Shown: piece after piece, positions 12,714 to 26,335 of the stretch
How positions within the stretch are numbered: position 1 is the stretch's first letter
Layout of the letters: each line of letters begins with the position of its first letter
Assembly (NCBI RefSeq): GCF_030684315.1
Contig: NC_081360.1
Coordinates: forward strand, 23,663,033 to 23,727,032
Origin: Stegostoma tigrinum
Taxonomy: Eukaryota
Direction of reading: 5' to 3'
DNA: 64,000 nucleotides
Program-made: the position numbers and the translations under genes
Notes under the pieces: generated by a model
The model's database searches: none
The model's input: the letters and a program-made list of their open reading frames with translations, nothing else
Told to the model about the DNA's origin: nothing

Positions 12714-15700
12714 ATGAAAGCCTTCCTCCTCACCATTGCTGCAGTGCAGATTCTCCACTGCTCAGGTAGGTACCAGAGAGAGCTACACCTCATTGAGGAA
12801 CAAATTACTGCTAATGAGTCTCACTCGCTGAGATATCACCAATGTGTAAAAATAACTCACTGAAGAATCCAACACGATGCACTTCAGCGATTTGCGTAGT
12901 TGAAAACTGAGCAGTAACAGACTATTCCTGGAGTGTTTTGCACAATTTTCTTTTTCTCTTCACAGGAGTACCAAACCCTGAGGATGCTTTGCGGGCAGCT
13001 GTTATGAAGCTGAATGAAATAAGTGAAATCAGTCACCTTTGCCGTACCATCAGCAGCACAGTGACAGATGTAAGTGTGCCCTGGTCTCAGCCTGTTTCAC
13101 TCTCTAAAGTCTGCAAGAATGTTATTGAGAGCAGTTCCACATGAATTATTACTTAGAACAGAATGGTATATTACACACACTGACGGCAATCACGGTTCAG
13201 GAACGCAATCATGATTCAGTGTATAATTTTGAAATTCTGACTGGGGAATTAGATTAACCTGTTGTGAGTGAGGTTTGAATTTCTTCCAAGCTATATATCT
13301 AAGAGATCATAGCTGTTTTGTAGCCTTTACTTTTTACCGTTTTGCAAATAAATAGATTAAAGTTTGAAGCTTGAGTTTCAACTCCCTCTGGTTGGTGGGT
13401 CCCAAGGTGATATTGGATTTGAAATCAAGTTGATCACACCCTGTTCCCACACAGTTACCACACTGCCTGAGGCTTGTGCTCAGCTCTCCTCAAGGCAGGA
13501 GGTTCTTCAATGCAAAGAGTTTCTCCGATGAATGGATTCCTGGGCAGATTGTAGGTGCCATCCTGCTGAGCAGGAGCAAGACAGTGGTATTCAAGTAGTC
13601 TTTCCCTGGGCAGATTTTGTAGAAAACTGTCCTCACCAGGCNNNNNNNNNNNNNNNNNNNNNNNNNNNNNNNNNNNNNNNNNNNNNNNNNNNNNNNNNNN
13701 NNNNNNNNNNNNNNNNNNNNNNNNNNNNNNNNNNNNNNNNNNNNNNNNNNNNNNNNNNNNNNNNNNNNNNNNNNNNNNNNNNNTTCCGCCGCCCCCCCGT
13801 CTTATCACATCCAGCCCTCTCCCATCACACCCAACCTATGCTCCATCACCGCCTGCTCACACAATCAATGAAGTACAATGCCCACTGCCAACCCTTAGTT
13901 TTCCCTAACCCCACCTTCCCCCTCACCATTTGCTACCCCTTGATTATACTTCACCTTTTCACTACCCTCCCCAGCTCTGTCAATCCCTTCATGATCATGC
14001 AGCAAAATCTTTACTGACTGAGGTGGCCTTTGGAAGGCCTGATTCAGTAAAACCAGAATGTTCAGTTTGAAGATGGACAGAATACCCCAACCAGAGGAGT
14101 GCAGTGGTCACTCCATCCAACCAGCAATATGATGCAGCATGCAACAAAGACCCTGTTCTGCCCTGAGATTATGATACAATATTTAAAAATGTTGAGATAT
14201 TTAGGTCAGATGATGAAAGGTTTTGGTCAAATTGGTAAATTTTAAGGCAGAATCTTCAACATGAAAAAAAATCAAAACTAGGAGCAGAAGGCCATTTGGC
14301 CCTTAAAGCCTGCTTCACCATTCAGTATGGTCATGGGTGCTCACCCAACTTGGTGCCAATTTCCCTCCATTCACTTTGAACCCTTTATCACTAAGAACCA
14401 CATCTATTTTCTTTTTGTAAACATTCAATAATTTGACCTCTGTAGCAGAGAAAGGCTCATCATTCACCAGTGAAGAAATTTCATTTCAATCCTAAATGAT
14501 CTGCGATGTATCCTTATATTGTGACCACTGGACCTCAATCATTAGAATCCCTGCAGTGTGGAAACAGGCCCTTCAGCCCAACAAGTTCACACCGACCCTC
14601 AAAGCATCCCACCCAGACCATCCCCTGAATCTACACATCCCTGAACACTGTGGGCAATTTAGCATGGCCAATCCACCCAGCCTGCACATCTTTGGACAGT
14701 GGGAGGAAACCAAAGCACCCAGAGGAAACCCATGCAGACACTGGGAGAATGTGTAAACTCCACACAGACAGTCACCTGAGGGCAGATTCGAACCTGGGAC
14801 GCTGGCACTGTGAGGCAGCAGTGCCAACCACTGAGCCACAGTGCTTCCCCTAAATGTCCTGGACTGCCCGGTCATCAGGAACATCCATCGTGAGTTTACC
14901 CTGTCTATTTCTGTTAGAATTTTATAGGTTTTATGAGATTCCCTCTCATGCTACTGAACTGCAGTTAACAGTGGCCTAACCAATCCATTCTCTCCTTACA
15001 CATCAATCCTGCCATTGCGGAATTAGTCTGGTGAATCTTTGTTGTACTCCCTCTGTTGTCAGTACATCCTTCCTCAGATAAGGAGATCAAAACTGCACAC
15101 AGCATTCCAGGTGCGGTCTCACTAAGGCCTGTACAATTGCAGCAAGTCATCCCTGCCTGTGTATACAAACTCTTTCAGTATGAAAGCCAAATACCTTTTG
15201 CCTTCTTTATTGCCTTTTGCAACTACATGCACAAGGACACCCTGGTCTTGTTGCATCTGTTCCCCTTTCAAGAAAGGAAAGCAAGATAAAGAGAGGTGAA
15301 ATAGAAAGAACTCCAAAGTCTAAGGCCCAGGAAGTTTAAGGGATTGCTGCCAAAGTTGAAGAATTATAACTGTGGGAGTTCATGAAATCAGAATTAGAGG
15401 AATACAGATATCATGGAGGGATGTAGGGCTGGAACAGATTGCAGAGATAGGGCGAGTTCAGGGCCTAGAGGGATTTGAAAACAAGGATGACAATTTAAAA
15501 ACTTTAAGTATTACTTTGCTAACAGACCTGTAAGCACAGGATGACAGATGAATGTGTCAGAGGTGACAGAGTTTTAGATGAGTTCAAAGTTTATATTGTG
15601 CGCCTGCTAAAGAGACAGCATTAGAAAAAGCTAACCCTAAAGGTAACAAAGGCATGAATGAAAATTCAGCAGGACAAACATGACAAGCACACATTGTCAT

Positions 15701-18700
15701 ATTATTAAGACCTGGATGAGAATTCAAGCATGAGGATACTGTTCTACATTGTACATCACCACCCACCATTCATAAGAACACAATAAACTGAAACAGAAAT
15801 AGGCCATTCAGTCCCTCAGGCCCACCCCATAATTCTAGATCATGACTGATCAGCTTCAACACCACTTTTGTGCACTATACATATATTCTTTGATATTGTT
15901 ATTTTGTTGAAATTTACTGATCTTCATCTTGAACAGCCAAGGCTTTGCAATACTCTGGGACAGAAAAGTCCGGAAATTTTCACTCGCAAAAATTCCTTCT
16001 CATGATCATCTAATTTGCCACAGTTCAGCGTATAAAGTTTTAATGGGTTTTTATAACATACACTGTGTACCGGCCAAGTTGTTTTTCATTGACACAAGGC
16101 CAGTGAACAGGGAATCTGTCCAAATGACTCCTGGCCAGAGACTTGAGCTTGGGATGAAGATATTTTATTGTTGCCTGCCCTGATAGTTTTCTGAGAGCAT
16201 CACCATTTACCATGAATCATCTGGAGGAGATCCATCAACAAGACACTAGTGTAGCCATTCATCCGATAGACGGGCAGTTATCTAGGAAGCAGGAAAAATG
16301 TTGTCGGAATGACAAAGAAAGATAGGAACTGGAGTAGACCATTCAGCCCTTTGAGCCTGTTTCACCAGTCTGGATCACGGCTGATCATCTACCTCACCCC
16401 CACAATTTTACAAATCCCTGCAGCCACTTCCCAATCCCTCACCATTTAAAAAATACTCTGAGCCTCCATCCCTCCTACGAAAGTGGATAGCCTCACGTTC
16501 ATCCACATTATGTTCCAGCTGCTATGCATTCCACCCAAACCTGCTGGAAGCCTCTTTGAATCCTCCATGCATCTCACATTCCCCTCTCCTATAATCATCT
16601 GCAAACTTGGAAATATTACAACTGGTTCGATCATCTAAATCATTGATCTAAATTGACGAGAAACTGAAACTTCAATACAGAATCCTTTGGGCATCCTTTT
16701 GGTCAGAGCTTGCCAACCTGAGTATTATCCTTACTCTCTCTGCCTGTTAACCAATCCTCAATCCATGCTGGTATATTGCCCCATTCCATACATTTTCATT
16801 TTGCTTATTAATGCTCTGTGTGTGGCTGTATCCAAAGGCTTCCAGGGATTCAAACACGCCACATCCATTAGTTTCCCTCATTGACATTTCCAGTATTTAC
16901 CTGTATACATATACCACTAACTGATAAATCTCAGAACTTAATCAATCGCACTTCTTGAGGGCATATAACTAACATTTATTCCTTCATCTAGCTTTCTCCC
17001 ACTGGAAAATTCTCCTACAACGTGGACCTGGCATTTTCTGTGAAAGAAACCGTCTGTTCCAAAAATTCTGGGCTCGAGTTTGATGATTCTAGCTGCAGTT
17101 TCCGGCCCACGAAGATCGCTGTAAGTAACTGAATTGGTGATGAGAAAAAAACATTTCTGCCTCCATTTCTTGACCACCCCTGCTAACATGAGTGGGTTGC
17201 TGTGAAATGCACACCCAAGTGACGACAAACACTTTGTTTGTGAGCACCAACCTCATACACCAAGCATTTATTTTTTTTAAAACCAGAGGCTCACATGGGC
17301 TCACTTTGCAGGATCAGCAACATATTTTCTTCATTATAGACCGAATGAATGGTCTTATTCAGTGGAGTTTTGTCACACTGGAGGCAGGGTGGTTGAAGTC
17401 ATTCAGCTTCATGTGAAGCTGTGTTGGCTGTTCTGAGCACTCTGCCCGGATGTATTCAGAGTTTGCAACGGTTACCTGTTGCTTCCTGCAGAGGGTTTCC
17501 ATTTCTCCAAATCGTGTGGGTCAGAGCGAATGAAGGGAGGCAACTGCAAACAAACCTATCCTCATTGGGTGTGCCGGTGAGGTAGAAGAATGTTCCTTTC
17601 AGAAATAACTCTATTTAGTTGACGGTGTATTTCAACCTTAGGGTTAGCAGGAGTTGTGCTTTGTGAATTCTTTGTATTGTCAAGTGGGTAGGATAATTCT
17701 TATGAACTTGAATCTATTCTGTTTCTCATGTCTGGGCTGTATACTCCGTCCACAACAATATTAGGAATTATAGTTCAAAGTTCTATTTCACAACAAAGTT
17801 AATGAATCCATGTAAATAGAAACAGTTTCAACACCAAGAGGCCCCATAAGGTAGTATCATGGGTGCCGTGAATCTACTTTTTGTGCCCACTAATGTAGTT
17901 TTCATGGGAAAACCTCCAATTTTATTCTAATGTCAATATTTTTACTCCGTTTTCTGGTACTGTAAAAACAGAACGCATCACTGAAGAGCACAAGAGGACT
18001 GATCCAGTTAACTCTTTCTTGGCTCTCATTTATGTCAGCGATATTGTTGGGACTTCGACCCACCCTGGGACTCTGGGATAATTGCTGACACCGACGCAAT
18101 GGCTGGAAGCCAGCAGAGCTCTGCAAGACTAGTAGAGAGTGGCAGTGCATGTTGAGGGCTCAGATGTTTTGTATGGAATGTCAGACCACCCTTCACCCTC
18201 TCACCCCTATGTCTAATCTGTAAGTTTTCCATTTGCATTCCAACAATTTCTGAGTGGAACTGGAGCAAGCGGAGAAGCAAAATGAGGGAGGAAATCTCAC
18301 TGTCTCCCTTTCCCAGTAACTCCTCTCCAAGATATTCATCTACTGATGCCCATTACTTGCTAATGATCACAGGAAGGAACAGAAATATTTTTAAGGGCAA
18401 ATTGTCATTTGAGGTCCTGGCGCATTAGAGATAAGCTTCAAGGAACAACAGATCAGCAGGAGAACCACACTGTGCAGCAAATCTCCAAAGTCTGCTGCTC
18501 TAGGTATGGTAATCCTAACATCTTCACTCCCAAAAGGCAATCTGTTCAATGCACAGCAGTGGCTCAGGGGCCAGAAATTTGTCCAGGACCAGAGAATCCA
18601 TCTTTGAGCCAACAGAAGTCCCAGGTGCACAAAGAGTGGAACTAAATGTCTGGAAGCTTGATTTTTGTGAGCAAGGGACAGTGTGACAAAATGGTGGCAC

Positions 18701-21700
18701 TGTAGTTAGCGCTACAGCTCACAGTGCCAGGGACCAGGTTCAATTCCAACATTGGAATTCCAACATTCTCCCCATGTGAGTTTCTTCTTAGTGCTCTGGT
18801 TTCCACCTGCAGTCCAAAGATGTGCAGTTTAGGTGGATTGGACGTGCTAAGTTGCCCCCAAGTATCCAGCAATGTGCACATTAGATGGATTGGCTGTGAT
18901 AAATGTTAAGGAGATAGGGTGGGATGCTCTTTGGAGAGTCAGGGCTGACCCTCTTTGAACTGTAGGGATTCTGTGATTCGAGGCTGAGGGTGAGTAACAT
19001 CATTTACTCATGTGGGAATGTGTACAATGGAGAGCCTGTCAACATCCCAACTCTCGCCAATTAAATCTGGGTCGGGAAGGTCAGGAACAGCCAACTGAAA
19101 CCACATAAAGGGTCTCTGCCTGCCGCCTCTGCAGTTATGGTGAAATTATGTGGGCAGGCCACCCTGGCGGACCTGCCCTGAAGTCAGAGACTGTCTTCCA
19201 CTCAAGCACCCTGTGATCTATGGTGGGGTCCTCCAGTGGCAATTGCAGGACTTCTCACTGCCCTCCAAATGTGGGCCCCTCTGTGGCATGCCTGACCAAC
19301 TGCAGTTCTCGCCAGTGGACAGGCGCAACACAACAATTAATAAACCCAGCACAAACACGTTGAAAGCAATGGAAGAAGAGAAAACCCATTCTGTCAATCC
19401 TGCGTAATTGTGAGGCCTCACAAAGCACTAGATAGCAACGCCCTGACACCACCTGAAAATCATGCAATTTGGAAAAGATGTGAGCTGGAGAAAAACTCAG
19501 GCCACTTAAGGAGAGGGAAATCTGAAATATTGTTTTTTTGTACCTTCCCATTGGCTTTCTCCACCAGTTCTTTCTCCTGACTTCTAAAACTTGATTTTAC
19601 ACCAATGTTTCGGAAACCCAAGAGAAAGCCATGGTCATTTGCAAAGTACCGGTGTGAATAAAGGACCACTAGCTGAGACTCTGTTTCTTAGGGATGTACC
19701 AATGCAGCAGCAGATATGAAGTTTCAGGATTTGGAAAACACACACAGCAATGCTCACCCCTGATGTGGTTTTGTTTCTGCAGGAGACAGCTACATGCAGG
19801 AGTCGTGTTAAATATTTAGCTGATGAGGTACTCGATGTTGATGTTGAATGTCATGGCTTCAAGAAGGCCAGGGGCAATGGAGACTCGCTGGAGAGGCAGA
19901 GGAGTGAAAGTGAAATACACAGAGGCAACAAAGAGCAGAGTGACATTTCTCAAGGAGGGAAGGTTCACAGCAAACCCACCAAAGGCAGAAAAGGCCACAG
20001 AAGACAATCATCAAGGGCCAGTCATAACACAAGATCATCGGAATTAACCAACAGCAGTGAAGAGGTAAGCTGTCAGTCTTTAGAAGTTATTTTTTAGTCA
20101 GGTGATCATGGTCTGTTGTTCTCCCACCATCTTAAATACAAAAAAGTGAAGAACATTACATTTTAAAACAAACAAAAGTGGTGTCCGAATCAAATATGTA
20201 ATCATCCCATCCCTCCAATCCACAATATTTTCCAATATTGCATTCTACAAAGCTTTATCAAGGGCTTTACTAAAACCTCTATATACTCCATTGTCCAATT
20301 TCCCCCAACTAACACAAGTGTTAGCTTCTCAAAGAATTTTGAGGTTTACCAAGCATGGCTGATCCCACTGACATCCCTGTTTACTATTCCTAACTCCTTC
20401 CCTCTGTTTAAGCAGGTGATAATTTCATGATGAACGCAAAGTGTTTTTTTTTAATTTAAATGTTGGAGCGATTTAGTGTATTTGCTGTGTGGCGCATTTT
20501 CCAGTTCCTGTACAATTGTTAAATGGAACTCATAATGGCAATATGCTGGTTTATGGTGTGCCCATTAGATTGAACTGGGGAGAAATTACATTCTGAAACC
20601 CTAGTGGTGAACAGACTCCCTGCTCCTTATCAGTTGGCTGTCATGGGAAGCCTCGCTGTTCTAGTCATGAGCCAAAATGTAACACACAGATTAGAAGCCT
20701 CCATCCTTTTGTTCATTCACCATTACAATCTGTTAGTACTAACAGATTGTATCATTCTTTCACATTCTGCACTTATTGATAACAGGCTCAGATTAACCTA
20801 ATTGGAGGGTCTTAAAGATTTGCTGGAGACACACTGGCAACATAATAATACCACCGTCTCCCGACTTCTGTGGAGCAATAGTGAATGTGAATTGTCTCCT
20901 GGCCAAAAAATGGTACTCACCAACTATTCATAATTCCGAGTTGCCTATTCTTCCTTTTCAGTCTGATCTTACAGCTCAAATACATTGAGCATCATCTAGT
21001 TTACCCTCACCATCCCCCCGCATAATTCTCTTGCCCCCAATTGGTGCTGCCCAAGTGCTGCTTCAATATCCAAAGTTAGCTATTCTCTGCAGATACGGCA
21101 CAGCTAATAAAACGACACAGGCCTCACAGCAAGGATTACAGTTTAGTGTGCTCTACCCTTTGCCTATCCACTGAAAGTACAAATTGGCCCCAATTTATTA
21201 TTTATTGCTCAATGCTAAAGCAAAAACAGCCCAAGCAGATGAGAGCCACCTCATATTACAACTTGTATGAAAGTAGGGAAAATAGATGGATGATTTTAAG
21301 AAAGGAATTCTAGAACTTATGACTTTTACAGATGAAGGAACTGCTGAAACTGAAGTAGTGACCAAAATAAGGAATATGCAAAAAGTCAAAATTGGAAAAC
21401 ATATCTCAGAGAGTTGTGAGCCTCGGGAGTTTATAGAGGTGTTGGGGGGGGGGGGGGGCGCTGCGGTGCTGTGGGGGTGAAGCCATTATCATTAAGAATA
21501 TGAATAATATTCCACCATGACAAATTCAATATCAATGTTTCAGGGGAGCAAAGCTGAAGTGTAGAAAGATTCCCTGACAGAAACAACTTGCTAAATCAAT
21601 CTGAATAGATGATTATTACAAAACAATGTTCCCACTTTCACCTCTCGGACTTGCAACAGTTAGAAAATATGCTTGCAGAGAACTGGCCCTTCTCGACCAT

Positions 21701-22454
21701 AAGCTATTGCAAAATGCTTTAGTGCAGTTCATATTATTCAATTAATCTGGTAAATGCGCTATATGTTAGTGTTCTATCCTTGTAATCACCTCAAGTCCAC
21801 CAAACCTCCAAGATATCTGTTGTGCATTCCCAGTTTTAATGCCTCAAGCAGTAATGGCTGTGCCTTCAGTTGCCTAGGCCCTAAGCTTTTAAATTCTTTC
21901 CCTAAACCTTTTGCTCTGCCTACCTTATTTTCATCTTCTGAGGTGCTTCTCAAAACATAACTCTTTAAACAAGCTTCTGGTCACCTGTCCTGTTATTTCC
22001 TTAGGTGGCTTGGTGTCATACTTTGTTGTATCATGATGAACTTTGGGACATTCATTACATTAGTACAACATAAATATAAACTGTTATGTTCAATACAACC
22101 ATTCACCTAACCCCTGAGCCACAATCACATGTTGACAAAGAAGGAAATCTACTCTTCTATCTATGTTATGTTATTTCATTTATATCTTTTGTTTGGAAAT
22201 CATTTTGAAATTTGGTTCTTCGGGTTAAATGTCTTAATATTTCAACGCAGCTGAAAATGACATCAAGGGAATCATGGATGGAGGAATCTCTAAACGTGAG
22301 TAAGCTTGGACTTTGTGTCAGAGAATTACCTCTCAATCATGATCATAACAACAATAAAGCTTTGAACTCAGACAGAGTTCTGTCCATCTGAAAATGACTA
22401 CTTTTTCCATTCTGTTAATTCCAGGAATATGAAGATTCAAGATCCCGACACTAA
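12714..22454 (+). CDS. spp2: SPP2 (secreted phosphoprotein 24)-like secreted cystatin/cathelin-domain protein, paralog 1, ~213 aa, 6 coding exons
   Basis: join(12714-12765,12966-13069,16992-17120,19783-20064,22251-22295,22425-22454), all introns GT-AG, frame open. Protein: MKAFLLTIAAVQILHCSG VPNPEDALRAAVMKLNEISEISHLCRTISSTVTD LSPTGKFSYNVDLAFSVKETVCSKNSGLEFDDSSCSFRPTKIA ETATCRSRVKYLADEVLDVDVEC...TNSSEE LKMTSRESWMEESLN EYEDSRSRH*. Motifs DAL..AV.KLN, FSVKETVC..SG....C.F and TATCRSRVK.....V..V...C match SPP2 as recalled (DALSASVVKVN / FSIRETTCRKDSG / TAVCRSTVKV). ATTAAA at 22514-22519. An N gap lies in intron 2. Confidence 0.85.
13642..13783. other. Assembly gap (142 N) in intron 2 of paralog 1
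   Basis: Run of N. Confidence 1.
14275..15260 (-). mobile_element. CR1 LINE fragment interrupted by a SINE
   Basis: CR1 3' sequence on both sides of the SINE at 14541-14849; ORFs at 14965 and 15122(-) resemble CR1 ORF2 (DLLQLYRP). Confidence 0.75.
14541..14849 (-). mobile_element. tRNA-derived SINE (HE1-like)
   Basis: Reverse complement begins gcactgtggctcagtggttggcactgctgcctcacag (A box), then ggttcgaatc (B box), the gtctgtgtggagtt..cacattctccc core and a CR1-like tail. Confidence 0.9.
15290..15715 (-). mobile_element. Old L2-like LINE fragment
   Basis: gaactccaaagtctaaggccc...gagggatttgaaaacaaggatga motif, shared with 56690-57220 and 57990-58255. Confidence 0.5.
16320..16880 (-). mobile_element. 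CR1 LINE fragments (3' tail joined to RT region)
   Basis: taggaactggagtagaccattcagccc tail followed by decayed RT-region sequence (catctgcaaacttgg, tccaaaggcttcc). Confidence 0.6.
18690..18980 (+). mobile_element. tRNA-derived SINE (HE1-like), decayed
   Basis: atggtggcactgtagttagc...ggttcaattcc...agtccaaagatgtgcag...tgtagggattctgtgattc. Confidence 0.8.
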
Positions 22455-25400
22455 CCCAAGATAAATCTTCTGGAATGTTAAGCTTGGTGTGAACACAAGA
22501 AGACCTCATTTCGATTAAAGAAGATATTATCATATATTGTTCATATATCAGGAAAAACATGTAATGACAACAAAAGTTTTCTGTGCTTTGTATATGTCCT
22601 CATCTGTGATTGTCTTTCATGTTAATGCTCATATGATGAACAACACGATAAATGTTCCCTGGTACTCTTCAAACTGATGTTACTTTTCATTTCACTGGTA
22701 AACTTAGGAATTTTAGTGCGGAGAGCGAGCAATCTGCCTGCCACACAATGTCAGATTTCCTCGGTTTAACATGCTCTGTTAGGCCTTTAGCTACAAAAGA
22801 ACAAGTGTGGGGAGAAGGACAATTGAAATGGGAAACTTCACACTTTATTTCCCCAGTTTGGAATTTTGAAAATGCCTGCACAGCCGAAGTGAATTGTGAA
22901 ATTAGTGCCCTGTATCGTGGGTAGAAGTTGAACAAAGTCTTTGGCTGTACCCTGCCTTATTGGAACCATTTCTCCTCAAATTAATGTTTAGTCCCAAACA
23001 AGCCTACTGTGCAAATTGTCTCAGTCTCCAGATTTACAGGGAGGGAAGTTATAAAAACAGAGAATTCATAGCAGGCTTGGGCCTGCGTGAAAAATGAAAA
23101 GAAAATAGTTTTTTTGTCTAAGTGGTCACCAGGAGTTTCTGAGGGCAATTAGTTCAGAAAACAATGTACAAAGGAATAGGAGCCCTCTTTTCCAATGAGT
23201 ACTGTGTGAGAAGTAAAGTGGCATTATCAGAAAGTTGACAAAACAGCCCTCGCTGTGGAAAGTCAACACGTTCAGTCAATGTAGCCTCAACACAGCAGCC
23301 ATTGCGAGCGAGGGTGCAGTGAAAAGATGTAGACAGATTGGTGGCAATCGTCGTTATTTACCCTGTTATTTGTTTATGTTGCTCTTCAGTTGTCTTCGTC
23401 AGATGCTTATTTAGAATTGGACCTCTCTATTCTACCCCCAAGTGCAGGAGTTGAGACTTCAGATGATTTACTTCTCCATATCCGCACTGTTCCACTGTCA
23501 CAGTGCAGTGTGCGACAGAGAGTCAGTCAATTACCACCACCCATCATTTAGGAAAAGAAAAGATGCATGGAAGCCAGTTACATAACTAAGGAGAGTGCTT
23601 CCTGTTTGGCACTTGTTGAATTGTTCTAATCACATCTATATTTTTTTAAAGCAATCTACTCTGTTTAATTGAAAGTTGATCAATAAATTGATGATTTTAT
23701 GACTCATAAAATACATGATCCAGTTTCCATTGAATGAATATCATCTCAGATCACATACAGTGACATTAATTTTTCTGTAACGGCTCTCTCTTATTGGGAA
23801 CCAGAATCATATAACCAATCGTTGTTGGTATTTATTAATTTTGCTCTACGCGTCCTTGTTCACTGCTTAAATTCTAATACGAATAGCTGGACTGAATCCA
23901 TGTGACCAAGCCTCTCAGTCGCATCATGTACCCCCTCAATCACTTCTTGAATAAGCTAAGGGCATAATTCCAATAATATCAAGCACTCAACTCAACATTT
24001 CCAAACTTTACCTTCCAATCCAGTTGGAAAATCCAATACTTCCATGTCTTTTGGAGGTGGATAGCGGCATGAGGTGAAGGAGAGGGTAAATGTTGAGGGA
24101 TGTGTGGGATGATTTAACGACATTGGTATAGTTTGTAAACAGCAGCAGGCCATGGAAAGATTCCTGACAGAAATCATTGTCATACTGGAAGTCACCCCAA
24201 GCCAAGGAATATCAGCCTCTTCTCCAGTCCTAGGGATAATGGCCAGTTGAAAGCAAAATTGGATAAGTGATAAATATGGACAGATAGGTATGTGAAGAAT
24301 GACATAGATAATTTGAAACGTTCTGACATCAGCACTAAAAAAAAGCCAGCCAGTTTTAGATTTGAAAGAAATGTTTAAATTTGGAATTGCTCATCTCAAA
24401 TGAATTCTTGGAACCAGGCAGAATCTTAGCTTATCTTTACTGAAAGCCTGTTTGCAAAACTATCATTCTTTTCTGAGTTGCTTTCAATGTGCTACCTTTC
24501 ATCTCGAACAATGGGAAATGAATTTAGCAATTATTTTGACTACGTACCTCTAACAGTTGCGTGCTGCTCTTGGCATGGCAAACTTGATGATATGATAAAC
24601 AGATCTTCTATACTGCAGCTGAGCAAACAGTGAGGATTCCCTGACCTCCTGGCTGTCTGATTTTTCCAATTGCAAATATTTACACTTTTTGGCCCATATC
24701 GCAGGCGGCCCATATTTTCTTGCATCACAGCGATTGCACAATTGCGTTGGTGACATAAGATACTGTATCCAGGTCGTACAATCAGAATCTATGCTGTTAT
24801 TTGGGTTTTTCAATCACGGCTATCATGTTCCAGCGCACTGACAATAAAAGACCACACCTATCCATCTTTCACATGCATAGGTAAACAAAACAATTTCTCT
24901 CTGGCTATGAACCCAGCTTGCAGTAACTTGCTCTGTTCTATTTAGAGACAGCTTCTGTTCTGCCTTCACTCACTCCTGTGTTGGAAATGTCAAATGCATA
25001 AGCAGCCTTACAGACTGGGAAGTGAACCCAATTTATGGACTGGGATTTAGAAATACCCCACTTCCCAGCTGGGAAATCAGGTGGAGGGTTGGGGGTGCAG
25101 GGAGCCTGATTTAGCCAACTCTGGAAATCATGTGGAAGGCAATGGAGTTGTGTTAATGTTGATGGATCAATAATCCAAAGGCCAGGCTGAATGTTCTGGG
25201 AGACGTGGGTTAATTCCACTCTGGCAGCTCATGGAATTTAAATTCTATGAATAAAATCTGGATTTGAAAAATTGTTGATTGTCATAACAACACATTTGGT
25301 TTACAAATATCATTCAGGGAAAGAAATACCATTTTATCTTGTCTGGCTTGCGTGTCCCTCCATGTCCCACAGCAAAGAGCATTACTCTTTACAGCTGTCA

Positions 25401-25599
25401 AAAATGGCCAAGAAAGTCACTCAGTTGTATCAGACTGACAGAAAAATCAAAATTGAATGGGCTGCAACAGTTAAAGAATACAACAGAGTTAAAGAAGGCA
25501 TCTTAGCACCACCTCATCAAGGACAAATAAGGAGCGATATCCATCTCCCATCCAAGAATAGTAAAATGTTATTTTGCATTTCTCAGGCAATCATTCAAG

Positions 25600-26335
25600 G
25601 AGTATGAGGAAATTTGGCAGACATGTTGAATTATTACTTTGTCTCAGTACTTAGAATAGGAAAGAAGAATGGTATCCTGGAAGTCCTGAAGAAAGTAATA
25701 GTAGATTGGAAACAGGGAGTGAATAAAATTAATGTAAGTGAAACTTCAAAAAAAATGAAGAATTTGATGGAATTAGAGAGTGACAAATCCCCAGAACCTG
25801 GCAGTTTCTATTCATGAGTGTTTAAGGAAGTGGGGGGGGGGGCATATTGTAGGTAACCCAGCTACAATCTGTCGGAGTTCTATAGAAACTGGAGTCTTCC
25901 CTAGGATTGGAAAATTGTTCATATCTTTGCATTTTTTAGGAAGGGTGGAAGAGGGAAGCCAAGGAATTCAAGAGCAATTGGCCTGATATCTGTGACGGGG
26001 AATTTGTTGGAGTCTATAATCAAATTTGGGGTATCTGAACACCTTGAAAATTTTCAGTCAACCAGGGAGAACCAGTCTGAATCCATGACAGGTAGGTCAT
26101 GCCCGACAAACCTCAACCATTTTTTACAAAGAGATGACTAAGTTAATGGACAGGAAAATAACTGTGGGTGTTGTTTATATGGACTTCCAGAAGACATTTG
26201 AAAATGTCCCACATAAGAGACTGCTAACTGAGATAGATGCCCACAGAACTGACGACAAACTACTGGCATGACTGGGAAATTGGTGGTGTGCAAAATGGCT
26301 GGTGGATTCCGAATACAAACATGAGAATTTGGAGC
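25600..26335 (+). mobile_element. CR1 LINE ORF2 (RT N-terminal) fragment
   Basis: ORF MADMLNYYFVSV...LMELESDKSPEPG followed by decayed RT motifs. Confidence 0.75.

Noticed and set aside
14541-14849. tRNA-like A/B boxes at SINE heads
   Set aside because: Parts of SINEs; no complete cloverleaf, so not called as tRNA genes.
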